A DNA stretch of 64,000 nt, taken from the sequence record OR887633; one strand, written 5' to 3'. The notes beneath the pieces are model-generated. The model did no database searches. It saw nothing but the letters and a program-made list of their open reading frames with translations, and was not told the origin of the DNA. The number at the start of each line of letters is the position of its first letter. Positions within the stretch are counted from its first letter, which is position 1. This DNA is from Shigella phage vb_GEC_SH_GT. This document shows, one piece after another, positions 42,435 to 51,572 of this stretch. A program made the position numbers and the translations under genes.

Positions 42435-42463
42435 TTATTGCAGCAAAAAACGAATTATATAAT
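42435..42463 (+). promoter_or_regulatory. sigma70-like promoter for plus-strand small ORF
   Basis: TTATTG, 17-bp spacer, TATAAT (42458-42463). Confidence 0.4.
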
Positions 42464-42532
42464 TCTTCATCATATGTATTTGATAGTAATACTAACACGT
42501 TTTGCGATAAATATTAATTTAAAGGAGGACAT

Positions 42533-42733
42533 ATGGTACAAAAATTAATGGCACTTGTTAATGCCATCAAAGGTAATAAGAAACGTATAGCTTTTACTAT
42601 TTCTGCTATGATAGGAATTTTACTTTGGAATTTTGTTTTATCGCCAGTTGCTATTGCTCATGGCGTTAGTATTCCAGTAGTTACTCTTGATACATTCGTA
42701 GATTTAGCATTTGCTTTAGTTGGGTTAATTTAA
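42533..42733 (+). CDS. small two-TM membrane protein, function unknown
   Basis: 66-aa ORF; AAAGGAGG SD 5 nt before ATG; basic N-terminus then two hydrophobic helices; convergent with gene 61. Confidence 0.5.
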   Translation: MVQKLMALVNAIKGNKKRIAFTISAMIGILLWNFVLSPVAIAHGVSIPVVTLDTFVDLAFALVGLI

Positions 42734-43758
42734 ATCTTAGCATATTTAGATAGCCGCATTTTAGCCATTAACCCCTGGGCAATATTATTTTTCATATATT
42801 CCATAATTTGTTCAGGGGTTGCACCTTCCTTTCTAATCATATCATTAACATCTTTTGATTTCCAGGGAGATTTATCCCAAAACATAACCCTTTCTCCTGC
42901 ATCAACTAATTTAGTCATTCGTTTAATAGTGTCAGGGTGACGAGGTTCATTATCTAAAACCCACACTCGTCTATCTTTAAATGGAACAACTTCTAGGTCT
43001 AATTGACCACCCGTAATAGCTATACCATTTTCAATAAAAAGTGAATCTATAGGTCCTTCTAGAACATATACATCACCATCTTTAACTCGTTCGACTCCAT
43101 AGATTTTTGTTGCTTCAGGATAAGCTTTGATGGTGATATATTTTTGAGGAGCATCTTTCTTTAATGCGCGTCCTTGAAAAGACTCAGCTTTTCCATTAGC
43201 ATTATAAATTGGAATAACAAGACGAGGCTCGGGTATTTCCTTTTTATATGTTCCTGGTGCTATACTATTAACTAATTTAGGCCATTCAGTTGTAAACCAA
43301 AGATATTTCCATTTATCCTTTGGAATACAACGAGCTTTTACGTATTTTATAATTGGATGGTCTTCCGCCAGTTTATCCAATCTAATGCATGACGGAAGAG
43401 ATTTAATTATTTTCTTCTCGGGTTGTTTAGGAAGTTCTTTAGGTTTTTCTACTGGACGACTTTTACCTTTTTCTTTTCTTATTTCAAAGATATACTCACG
43501 ATATAAATCAGGTTCAAACTCCTTTAAATATATTCCGATTGGTGCATGATAGTTACAGTTATAACAATGAATATTTCCTTCATTATTATCACCATAATAC
43601 CATCCACGGGCTTTATTTTGGTCGGTTTTTGAATCTCCACAAACAGGGCATCTAAACCGTAATTTAAAAGTTGAACTATTATTTACTTGTGTGAATTTAG
43701 GTAAATGAGCTAATGCACGATATGCAAACTCATTATCAATCCAAGGTATTGATGACAT
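42730..43758 (-). CDS. 61: DNA primase gp61
   Basis: 342 aa; zinc ribbon (CPVCGDS...CYNC) and TOPRIM region. Confidence 0.85.
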   Translation of the reverse strand: MSSIPWIDNEFAYRALAHLPKFTQVNNSSTFKLRFRCPVCGDSKTDQNKARGWYYGDNNEGNIHCYNCNYHAPIGIYLKEFEPDLYREYIFEIRKEKGKSRPVEKPKELPKQPEKKIIKSLPSCIRLDKLAEDHPIIKYVKARCIPKDKWKYLWFTTEWPKLVNSIAPGTYKKEIPEPRLVIPIYNANGKAESFQGRALKKDAPQKYITIKAYPEATKIYGVERVKDGDVYVLEGPIDSLFIENGIAITGGQLDLEVVPFKDRRVWVLDNEPRHPDTIKRMTKLVDAGERVMFWDKSPWKSKDVNDMIRKEGATPEQIMEYMKNNIAQGLMAKMRLSKYAKI

Positions 43759-43760
43759 TT

Positions 43761-43925
43761 TTACTCTTCTTTTTCTTTAGATTCCTCTTTTTTCTTTTTA
43801 GGAATCTGTTCAGGACCTTTATTTACTACAGCGCCTGACGTTGTTCCAGTAGAGATATTTTCAGGATTACCACCTGAATCTCCAGCGACCATATCTTCTT
43901 TAATAAATTCTTTATATGTTTTCAT
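43761..43925 (-). CDS. small hypothetical protein (54 aa)
   Basis: manual ORF with lysine-rich tail. Confidence 0.35.
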   Translation of the reverse strand: MKTYKEFIKEDMVAGDSGGNPENISTGTTSGAVVNKGPEQIPKKKKEESKEKEE

Positions 43926-43926
43926 A

Positions 43927-44283
43927 TTAACCTCTATTCATAAAAGCATTAAAAATTTGGTCATCAATTGATGGAACAGCAACCTTTTCTACATCATTTA
44001 ACAAATCATTAATTTCATCAGATAGCATAACGCATGTACCTTTATTTCCTGTAATTGTTACTGCGCAATTACGAACGTTTTCTTTATCAAATTTTAGGTT
44101 AATATTTTCGTAGTGAAAATCCTTTAATGCCGAATATATTTTTAAAATGAAATTGTCTTTTACTACAATAAACCCAACCTCACTATTAAAACGAGGTTCA
44201 TGGAAGCTGTAATAAACCTTTTCATCTATAAAATCGTATGAAATTTTTTCCATTTTTAAATATGAAAATTCAGAACTATACAT
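43927..44283 (-). CDS. hypothetical protein
   Basis: 118-aa ORF. Confidence 0.45.
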   Translation of the reverse strand: MYSSEFSYLKMEKISYDFIDEKVYYSFHEPRFNSEVGFIVVKDNFILKIYSALKDFHYENINLKFDKENVRNCAVTITGNKGTCVMLSDEINDLLNDVEKVAVPSIDDQIFNAFMNRG

Positions 44284-44295
44284 ATTAACCTCTAA

Positions 44296-44589
44296 TTACT
44301 CACCTACCACTTCAGCGATGATATTTTTATTATTAAAGTTTTTATCGCAATACAAAACGTAATTATACTGCATTACACCACCAGACTTAAGCTGTTTTTG
44401 CACTTCAGCTTTCATTTCAGGACGATCACGCTCAACGATATTCATAATATCTGCTTCAATTTGAGTTTCAACTTCAGTCTGATCTGCAGTCATAGACCAT
44501 TCACACAAGTCTTTATCATAACCCGCCATAGCAGGCTGAGCAGCGCAAGAAGATAAAGCAAAAATTGCAGCAAAGATAAATTTTTTCAT
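44296..44589 (-). CDS. sp: periplasmic spackle protein Sp
   Basis: 97 aa; N-terminal signal peptide; sequence and position. Confidence 0.75.
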   Translation of the reverse strand: MKKFIFAAIFALSSCAAQPAMAGYDKDLCEWSMTADQTEVETQIEADIMNIVERDRPEMKAEVQKQLKSGGVMQYNYVLYCDKNFNNKNIIAEVVGE

Positions 44590-44617
44590 GATAATCTCCT
44601 CAGTAGTTTATGTTTAT

Positions 44618-44647
44618 ATAGTATCTCAATTTTCAACAAAAGTAAAC
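44618..44647 (-). promoter_or_regulatory. T4-type early promoter for sp
   Basis: GTTTAC (44647-44642), 18-bp spacer, TACTAT (44623-44618). Confidence 0.5.
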
Positions 44648-44694
44648 ACTAGTAGAAGCAAACAGACAAATTGCAATAATTGGTGATTTCAGTT

Positions 44695-44877
44695 TCATTC
44701 TTCTCCTCCTTCATGTTGATGAACATATTCTTTTTCAAGTCTAGAGCACAAGTTTTCATATTCAACTAATAAGAGTGAATCAAGTGCGTTATTTCTATGC
44801 TGACACCGTTCTTGTAAAGAATCCATCTCTGAACGTTGTTCTTGTGTTAATAATTGATAACCTGATACTTTAGACAT
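44695..44877 (-). CDS. hypothetical early protein (60 aa)
   Basis: ATG at 44877 with GGAGA SD; own early promoter. Confidence 0.45.
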   Translation of the reverse strand: MSKVSGYQLLTQEQRSEMDSLQERCQHRNNALDSLLLVEYENLCSRLEKEYVHQHEGGEE

Positions 44878-44913
44878 TTTGTTCTCCATTTACTCGTTTG
44901 TTTTGATAGGTCT

Positions 44914-44942
44914 ATAATAACATGTTTAAAACAAAAGTAAAC
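44914..44942 (-). promoter_or_regulatory. T4-type early promoter
   Basis: GTTTAC (44942-44937), 17-bp spacer, TATTAT (44919-44914). Confidence 0.5.
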
Positions 44943-45196
44943 TATTTTATTTCCTCAAGTTCGTTAATCAATAAAAGTTCTCTGACACTAAAAACAAAGA
45001 AAAATGTGTTCCCATCAACCAGAGCATGACCGCTAATAGAACACCCTCTGCGGAATTTAGAAACTTCACAATCTAGAACTGTAAAGGGTTTTAATCCTAT
45101 GACTTTAGCTGTGCGTCTATTCAGTTCACAACCACTTGCGAATTTTTCCAAATCTTCTTCTGATTTAAACTGATATTCTCTATTAACTAGCATCAT
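44942..45196 (-). CDS. hypothetical early protein (84 aa)
   Basis: ATG start; own early promoter. Confidence 0.45.
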   Translation of the reverse strand: MMLVNREYQFKSEEDLEKFASGCELNRRTAKVIGLKPFTVLDCEVSKFRRGCSISGHALVDGNTFFFVFSVRELLLINELEEIK

Positions 45197-45227
45197 TTTC
45201 TTTTCTCCGCGATTAGCTGATAGAATT

Positions 45228-45257
45228 ACTATAACACAACTCTATCAGCTTGTAAAC
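45228..45257 (-). promoter_or_regulatory. T4-type early promoter
   Basis: GTTTAC (45257-45252), 18-bp spacer, TATAGT (45233-45228); -10 embedded in inverted repeat. Confidence 0.55.
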
Positions 45258-45259
45258 TA

Positions 45260-45502
45260 CTATTTTACTAGCACCAATAACTGTTTCTCTAACTTGACGA
45301 TTTTACGAAAGTATCTTTTGCATTGGCGAATCTGTCGCTTCGTAGGGCGCACAGCAAACTTAATAAATTCCACTCGACCAAATGGAGGACTTTCTTCTGC
45401 TGGAATATCTAACACCAATTCCCACGTATCTGCAACAAGTGCTTTGAATTGAGTATTTTTCCTGACATTATACGGAGTAGGTTTAAATAAAACAATGTGC
45501 AT
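45260..45502 (-). CDS. hypothetical early protein adjacent to dmd (80 aa; possible TifA-like)
   Basis: ATG at 45502 with GAGGA SD; longer track ORF starts at TTG inside dmd. Confidence 0.4.
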   Translation of the reverse strand: MHIVLFKPTPYNVRKNTQFKALVADTWELVLDIPAEESPPFGRVEFIKFAVRPTKRQIRQCKRYFRKIVKLEKQLLVLVK

Positions 45503-45503
45503 A

Positions 45504-45686
45504 TTATCCTCGGCAATCCACTTCGCATACTTTCTTGTCATCAATGAAAGCTTTAACTAGTGCTTTATTAACTTCAGCATATTGAGTAGTAGCCCATTGA
45601 ACGTCATCTTTCATCATTGTGATTTCTTTAGTAAACATGCTTTCATTCTTAAACCACCCCATAAAAACTACCTTTACCAATTCCAT
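45504..45686 (-). CDS. dmd: Dmd antitoxin (inhibitor of RnlA/LsoA-type toxins)
   Basis: 60-aa ORF immediately downstream of gene 41. Confidence 0.7.
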   Translation of the reverse strand: MELVKVVFMGWFKNESMFTKEITMMKDDVQWATTQYAEVNKALVKAFIDDKKVCEVDCRG

Positions 45687-45715
45687 AACAATCTCCCCAT
45701 TTAACCAACAAGACT

Positions 45716-45745
45716 ACTATACCATAGTCTTGTCAGCTTGTAAAC
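45716..45745 (-). promoter_or_regulatory. T4-type early promoter for dmd
   Basis: GTTTAC (45745-45740) overlapping gene 41 stop, 18-bp spacer, TATAGT (45721-45716). Confidence 0.55.
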
Positions 45746-47172
45746 TAAAATTTTAATTCATTTGCCAAAGCATCTAACTGAGCTCGAGCCGATTCATTTC
45801 TTTGATAGCGATTCTGCTCAGCTTGAATCTGCTGTGAACCTGCCACTTCGTTCACTTCAGTTGGAGTAGAATCTTGTTCAATTTCTACCCATTTCTGATT
45901 TCCTTTTTGAACACCCATCAAAAACTTATTCCATTTATTCTTATCACCATATCGTGATTTGATTTGCTTAATTAGTTGTTGTTCAGCAGCTGCTAACTCC
46001 TCGGTTTCAATGACCGCAAGCATAAAATCGGCTGTTGCTGGAAGACCGGCAGATTCTGCAATATCGCTCATGTTAACATCAGAAGAATCCCAAGCTTGCT
46101 TACCAACCTGTGCTGCAGTCCAAAGAACAGTTTCGGTTTCAACAGCCAGAGCACGCAATTCTTCTGCGATGGCTTTAACAGTTGTGTAACTATTTTCCGA
46201 ATAAACTCTGATGCGGCAAGATTTACAAATACCCAGATAGTCAACAATAATGATTGTTGGAACAAAATTCTTCTTGAGCTTCAATTCGTTTAAAAGAGAT
46301 CGAAATGTATTAGCGTCTGCTCCACCAGTAGGATACTGTTTAACGATTAAACGACCGAGAGTAGATTTCTCACGCCATTTTTCCATTTTTCCTTTATACT
46401 CAGCATAAGAAATATGCCCATCATCAATGTCATCAAGAGAAACATCAAGCATATTAGCATCAATACGCTTAGCACAAACTTCTTCTGCCATTTCCATGGA
46501 AATGTAAAGAACATTATGTCCGAGCTGCAAATAATCTGCTGCCAATGAACACAGACCTAATGACTTACCAACGTTAACACCAGCCATTAAAACGTTCAGT
46601 GTTCCAGTTTCAGCTCCGCCTTTAGTAATTTTATTTAGAATTTTGAGTTTAAATGGAACCTTACGAGCTTTATTCATATAAGATAGCCAACGTGCTTCGT
46701 AGTCATCCATCCAATCATGACCAACGTAGCTATCAAATGAAATTGATAATGCTTGGCGCATGATGTCAGGAATAGCACCTACATCTGGCATTTTCTTATT
46801 TCGTTTTTCCGGAGGAAGCTCAGCATTAGTTTGAATTTCAATTATTTTAGATGTGGCGTTAAACATCGCCCTTTGCTGAACATATTTTTCTGTTTCTTTT
46901 ACTAACCAGCTGTGGTCTTCCGGAGAATCGGTTAGTTTTGAAATAAGTGTTTTTACACCAGAATATTCTGTTTCAGTAAATGAACTATTTTCTAATGCAA
47001 CATTTAACGCATTAATAGATGGAACGCTATGATACTCGTTAACATGAGATTTAATTAATTTGAATGTATTTTTAGCTGGACCACTTTCAAAATATTCTGA
47101 ATCCATATATGGCCAAACTTTTGAAAAATAAGCTTGATCAAATATGAGATGAGAAAGAATAATTTCTACCAC
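45745..47172 (-). CDS. 41: replicative DNA helicase gp41 (DnaB-like)
   Basis: 475 aa; Walker A GVNVGKS; GTG start. Confidence 0.9.
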   Translation of the reverse strand: MVEIILSHLIFDQAYFSKVWPYMDSEYFESGPAKNTFKLIKSHVNEYHSVPSINALNVALENSSFTETEYSGVKTLISKLTDSPEDHSWLVKETEKYVQQRAMFNATSKIIEIQTNAELPPEKRNKKMPDVGAIPDIMRQALSISFDSYVGHDWMDDYEARWLSYMNKARKVPFKLKILNKITKGGAETGTLNVLMAGVNVGKSLGLCSLAADYLQLGHNVLYISMEMAEEVCAKRIDANMLDVSLDDIDDGHISYAEYKGKMEKWREKSTLGRLIVKQYPTGGADANTFRSLLNELKLKKNFVPTIIIVDYLGICKSCRIRVYSENSYTTVKAIAEELRALAVETETVLWTAAQVGKQAWDSSDVNMSDIAESAGLPATADFMLAVIETEELAAAEQQLIKQIKSRYGDKNKWNKFLMGVQKGNQKWVEIEQDSTPTEVNEVAGSQQIQAEQNRYQRNESARAQLDALANELKF

Positions 47173-47181
47173 ACTTACTCC

Positions 47182-47526
47182 TTAAAAGAATTTAAATTTT
47201 TTCTTTGACCTTTTATTAAATGCATCTTGTAGTTGCATTGTAATACATTTTTCTACATGAGGAGCTAACTCAGCTTTTCTTTCTTGGTCAAGAACAGCAA
47301 AGTCCATTACGACTTTTCCATCAACCCAATCTAATTTTGTCACATACACAATGTGTGTAGAACCGTCTTCTAGTTTAATGACAATCTCCTGGATAACATT
47401 TTCCATGGCAGATTTAATTATCTTAAGAGATTCATTAAAAAGACGTTCTTTTCTTTCTTCTTCCCCCTCCGAAGAGGGGGATTCGTCGATAATTTCTAGA
47501 TCTAAATCTAAATCATCTTTATTCAT
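47182..47526 (-). CDS. 40: gp40-position protein
   Basis: ATG at 47526 (track start 47544 is GTG); acidic N-terminus. Confidence 0.5.
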   Translation of the reverse strand: MNKDDLDLDLEIIDESPSSEGEEERKERLFNESLKIIKSAMENVIQEIVIKLEDGSTHIVYVTKLDWVDGKVVMDFAVLDQERKAELAPHVEKCITMQLQDAFNKRSKKKFKFF

Positions 47527-48700
47527 TAAATTCTTCCATATCACTTAACTGATCTAGGTCAGTTTCTAAATCAGCCGCTGATTTACTTTTACTTTCTGGA
47601 GATTTAAATTTTTCAACCTTTGAGTTAATCAATTCATCAACTTCAGCTTCAACAATTTCATTACTATCAATAGCACCTAACTGATAAGCACGTTTAATAG
47701 CATCTCGGAATGGCTGATGCTTAAATAAAGGACCCCAGAATGTAGTGCAATTGGTATCTTTTGCACGCCAAGATTTTTCTTCGCGAATCATCTCACCGGT
47801 TTCTTCATCAAGAAATTCACGAGCATACCAACCATTTTTAGGTTTTACCACAAATCCTAATTCAAGAGCCATATCTAACAATCCAGAATAAGGATCGATA
47901 CCACCGTCAAATTTAACATCAATAAAGAATTTACTTTTTTCTTTGACGGTACGAGATTTTTCTACATTTAGAACAAATTGATACCCCTGAAGATCAGAAC
48001 CATCTTTAATCTGGCGCTTACCGATAATGAATACAGTATCAGCCGAATACATTACGCCTGTACCACCTGTCATCACGGTTTTACTAAACATTTCAATTGT
48101 TTCAATTGTATGGTTAACCGCAACACATGGAATGTTTTTAATACTAAAATAAGGAGTAACAATACGGAATAATGACTTCAGCGATTTAGCACGAGTCATA
48201 TCTGCCACAGATTTTTCATTCAAGGCATCTTCCGTTTCTTTCTTAGAAGCCATATTACCGATTGAGTCGATGAATACAATAACCTTTTCACCACGCTCAA
48301 TAGCTTCAAGCTGATTCACCATATCAATTTTCAGCTGTTCAACTGACTGGATTGGTGTATGAATTACTCGTTCCGGGTCAACTCCCATAGATCGCAAATA
48401 AGCTGGAGTAATACCAAATTCGCTATCATAGAATAAACAAACCGCATCAGGATATTTGTTCAAATACGCCGCAACCATAGTCAAAGACATATTTGATTTA
48501 AAGTGTTTAGAAGGACCTGCAAAAATGGTTAAACCAGACTGCATACCACCGTCAATCGCGCCGGAAATAGCGATATTGAGCATTGGAATTTTTGTACGAA
48601 TTACATCCTTTTCGTTAAAGAATTTAGATGTAGTCAGTTCAGCAGTCATTTTAGAAGTGGAAGCTTTAATCAAACGGGATTTTAAATCTGCAATAGACAT
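47519..48700 (-). CDS. uvsX: RecA-like recombinase UvsX
   Basis: 393 aa; RecA-fold Walker A GPSKHFKS. Confidence 0.9.
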   Translation of the reverse strand: MSIADLKSRLIKASTSKMTAELTTSKFFNEKDVIRTKIPMLNIAISGAIDGGMQSGLTIFAGPSKHFKSNMSLTMVAAYLNKYPDAVCLFYDSEFGITPAYLRSMGVDPERVIHTPIQSVEQLKIDMVNQLEAIERGEKVIVFIDSIGNMASKKETEDALNEKSVADMTRAKSLKSLFRIVTPYFSIKNIPCVAVNHTIETIEMFSKTVMTGGTGVMYSADTVFIIGKRQIKDGSDLQGYQFVLNVEKSRTVKEKSKFFIDVKFDGGIDPYSGLLDMALELGFVVKPKNGWYAREFLDEETGEMIREEKSWRAKDTNCTTFWGPLFKHQPFRDAIKRAYQLGAIDSNEIVEAEVDELINSKVEKFKSPESKSKSAADLETDLDQLSDMEEFNE

Positions 48701-48777
48701 TCATTTTTTCCATAGGCATCATTATATTTTCCTCACTGGTTAAAGATAGAGTAATTATAACACAATAAATTTAGGCA

Positions 48778-49620
48778 TTAATCAACTGCTATTGGATGAA
48801 TAGCATTAAACTTATGAAACGCTTCTGATTTTTCTTTGCGCGAAACACACATGCGAAGAACCTTTAATGGCTCGTCTTCTTCACCTAATGATTTTCGTTT
48901 TTCAATATTAGAAGTTTTCCAACGAGCTTGCTCTGGAAATTCTCTATTGATTTGCTCAAGAGCTCTATTATGTTTTGAATTACTACGAATTGAACTACAT
49001 CCACCCGGAGCCTGCGCTTTTCCAGACACAACCAGATATTTGAACAAGGCCAAATGCGGATAACCTTGATTAATTAAATTGAGAAATGCATACATATCTT
49101 CGCATAAATCAATTTTTCCATACCCAATTTGTTCTGTTGTAAGTTTTCCAAGGTCATACCATGTATTCGTGAATCCATATGAATTTTCACGATAATTACC
49201 CCAAGATGAAGTAATTTTAAAAATTGGTAAACGAGCATGACCATGATAATACCCGCAATCCATGGCATCTTCAACGTATTGAATCAATTCATAGAACTGT
49301 TCACCAGTTAACTGATTAATTTTATCTACGCAGCGACGATCATCTTTCTTTCGCATTGAACTCATACGAATAGTAGTATCATCATCAATCATCCAAATTC
49401 GCTGACCTGCATACATATCAGTAATCGCTTTACGAGTACCAGCAATTCCATTGACATCATCAGGAATAGTTATAATTTTAGCTCTAGACCCATAAGCATC
49501 ATAATAAGCTTTTTCTTCGTGTTCACGTACTACAATATGTGGTTCATAATCAGATGGAAACATATCAAGGGCAGAAACTGCCCCTACGCGTTGATAGCTT
49601 GGAATTACAAATTGAATCAT
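48778..49620 (-). CDS. GT-A fold glycosyltransferase (candidate beta-glucosyl-HMC alpha-glucosyltransferase)
   Basis: 280 aa; N-terminal VIPSYQR and DDD motif; occupies the slot between uvsX and 42. Confidence 0.5.
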   Translation of the reverse strand: MIQFVIPSYQRVGAVSALDMFPSDYEPHIVVREHEEKAYYDAYGSRAKIITIPDDVNGIAGTRKAITDMYAGQRIWMIDDDTTIRMSSMRKKDDRRCVDKINQLTGEQFYELIQYVEDAMDCGYYHGHARLPIFKITSSWGNYRENSYGFTNTWYDLGKLTTEQIGYGKIDLCEDMYAFLNLINQGYPHLALFKYLVVSGKAQAPGGCSSIRSNSKHNRALEQINREFPEQARWKTSNIEKRKSLGEEDEPLKVLRMCVSRKEKSEAFHKFNAIHPIAVD

Positions 49621-50357
49621 TTCCACTCACCGTTATAATCTTTTTTCGCAATATGAGTTTCGCCAGTTTTCCACCAATGGTCAACCAAATAAAAATGACG
49701 AGAATACACATGAAGGCTTCCGACATTCCATATAATGGAACCTGCTTTATACTGACGAGTTGAATCACCTGCATTCAAATCAGATACTAATTTATCTAGT
49801 ACGTATTTTTGCCATGCATAATCATTACGGAATCCGAAGACCACGTCATTTGAACGCATGTTTACTACTGCATTGACTTTCTTGTCACGAATCAGGTACT
49901 GTACTGTATTCGTACACATGAAATCTGACATACCATCTTTGTTGTAGTCAAACTGCATGGATGGACGAGTATAAATCATGATACCACGTCGAGAATCAGG
50001 ATTTTGACCAAGTTCAGCTAAACACATATCATACTGAGCATAGTTATCTTCTGACCAGATGGCCCAACCATAATTTGAGTTAATTTCGCCTTTAGAAGAT
50101 GCTACCTGCTGCCAAATCTTGGGTGTTTCACCTGGAATATCTTTAACAAACAGACTTTGAGACTTATACCATTCAAGTTCACGCTGAATGTATTCATCAT
50201 TAAGAGCGCCAAAAATAAAATGTTCATCTGCTACAAATGATGCACCAATAATTTCAATAGTTTTAACACCGGTTTTATCAATTACGAAATCTTTTTCCTT
50301 TAATGCAAGACCCAAATCAAGACGGATTTCTTCAACTGTCATATAATCGTTAATCAT
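49617..50357 (-). CDS. 42: dCMP hydroxymethylase gp42
   Basis: 246 aa; thymidylate-synthase-like fold. Confidence 0.85.
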   Translation of the reverse strand: MINDYMTVEEIRLDLGLALKEKDFVIDKTGVKTIEIIGASFVADEHFIFGALNDEYIQRELEWYKSQSLFVKDIPGETPKIWQQVASSKGEINSNYGWAIWSEDNYAQYDMCLAELGQNPDSRRGIMIYTRPSMQFDYNKDGMSDFMCTNTVQYLIRDKKVNAVVNMRSNDVVFGFRNDYAWQKYVLDKLVSDLNAGDSTRQYKAGSIIWNVGSLHVYSRHFYLVDHWWKTGETHIAKKDYNGEWK

Positions 50358-50364
50358 TTAAACC

Positions 50365-50514
50365 TCAATTGATGCATTCATATTTAATTTGTAACAGTAA
50401 TAAACTCCAACCTATAATAAGTGGCGGAATCATAAGAGGAACTGTTACGCTATAGTATATACTTATTATAATCATCAAGATTAAAAGCAATACTGCTAAA
50501 ATTTTGCTTTTCAT
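50365..50514 (-). CDS. small membrane protein (49 aa, imm.1 position)
   Basis: manual ORF; ATG overlaps imm stop. Confidence 0.35.
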   Translation of the reverse strand: MKSKILAVLLLILMIIISIYYSVTVPLMIPPLIIGWSLLLLQIKYECIN

Positions 50515-50762
50515 TCCTTCTCTCTGATGATAATTACTTGATTTTGCTGTACAGATTTTTTAGTTTCACCCGCAATTGACCAAATAAATGTAATAAACCA
50601 ACCAATGATTGACCAGTTAAACAGTAAAGATGTGAAAAAGATTCCTACTGTCGATTTTGACCCACGCATCAAGGCGATGAACCATGGAAGCATGTATATA
50701 ATAATAGCCAACACGCCTGAAACTAAAACCATAAAAATTGAACCTGCTACTAAAGTTTCCAT
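50511..50762 (-). CDS. imm: superinfection immunity protein Imm
   Basis: 83 aa; two TM helices. Confidence 0.8.
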   Translation of the reverse strand: METLVAGSIFMVLVSGVLAIIIYMLPWFIALMRGSKSTVGIFFTSLLFNWSIIGWFITFIWSIAGETKKSVQQNQVIIIREKE

Positions 50763-50769
50763 GTTTTCC

Positions 50770-51150
50770 TCACTTAGTCAAATTTTTTACACATGAATTA
50801 TAAGAATTCACTACATACTCCATCGGAGCATTTTTACCAGTACGCCATTGGTAATTATTAGCCCAATTTGCCCAAAGTTCAGCGCAGTAGCTTTCAATTT
50901 TTTCTTCGCGTGTAATTACATCTGAATTACGATATGCTTGGGCAGATTCATCTGGACGAATAGCTTCGTCAAAATTCGCCTGCATTTGTTCTACTGTCTG
51001 TTTTGGAGCCTCTTTATAGCACTTGACGTTAGGATTATAAAATTTGCTTGAACAGTTTACAATTTTTCCTACATCAGACTGATTTACTACCGGTCCTTGA
51101 GCTACACACCCAGTAAGACCCAATGCAATAACCAAAATAGCGATTTTCAT
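50770..51150 (-). CDS. putative lipoprotein
   Basis: signal peptide with lipobox LGLTGC. Confidence 0.5.
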   Translation of the reverse strand: MKIAILVIALGLTGCVAQGPVVNQSDVGKIVNCSSKFYNPNVKCYKEAPKQTVEQMQANFDEAIRPDESAQAYRNSDVITREEKIESYCAELWANWANNYQWRTGKNAPMEYVVNSYNSCVKNLTK

Positions 51151-51160
51151 AACAATTTCC

Positions 51161-51391
51161 TCAAATACAAGTAGTAATTACTCCAGTAGTGCTTACACAG
51201 GTATTACCTAATTGAACACCCAACGTTCCATTAGTATTCATATGAAGATTATCATCAATTTTTGTTGATACTTTACCATTCATGTGAATAACAGTATTAG
51301 ATTCAATCACATTCTGAGTGCCATTTTCAATAAATGGAACAGTTGCTAATGCAACTAAACACACTGCTAAACATCCATAAACAATTTTCAT
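51161..51391 (-). CDS. small secreted protein
   Basis: ATG at 51391 (track start is TTG); signal peptide MKIVYGCLAVCLVALA. Confidence 0.45.
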   Translation of the reverse strand: MKIVYGCLAVCLVALATVPFIENGTQNVIESNTVIHMNGKVSTKIDDNLHMNTNGTLGVQLGNTCVSTTGVITTCI

Positions 51392-51425
51392 TTTATTCTC
51401 CAAATCCGTATCAGTTGATAGTTAT

Positions 51426-51455
51426 ATAGTACCACGGAAGAACAGGGATGTAAAC
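51426..51455 (-). promoter_or_regulatory. T4-type early promoter
   Basis: GTTTAC (51455-51450), 18-bp spacer, TACTAT (51431-51426). Confidence 0.55.
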
Positions 51456-51538
51456 AGTTTTGTGAAAAAATTTTTAATGAATTCCAGAGGTCCAGAATCA
51501 TCTATTTTTCCTAAGTATAGATTTATATTACTTGTATG

Positions 51539-51559
51539 AAAAAGGGACCCGGAGGTCCC
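51539..51559 (-). terminator. rho-independent terminator after gene 43
   Basis: GGGACC-UCCG-GGUCCC hairpin plus U-run on minus strand. Confidence 0.55.
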
Positions 51560-51572
51560 TAGATTTATTCTA

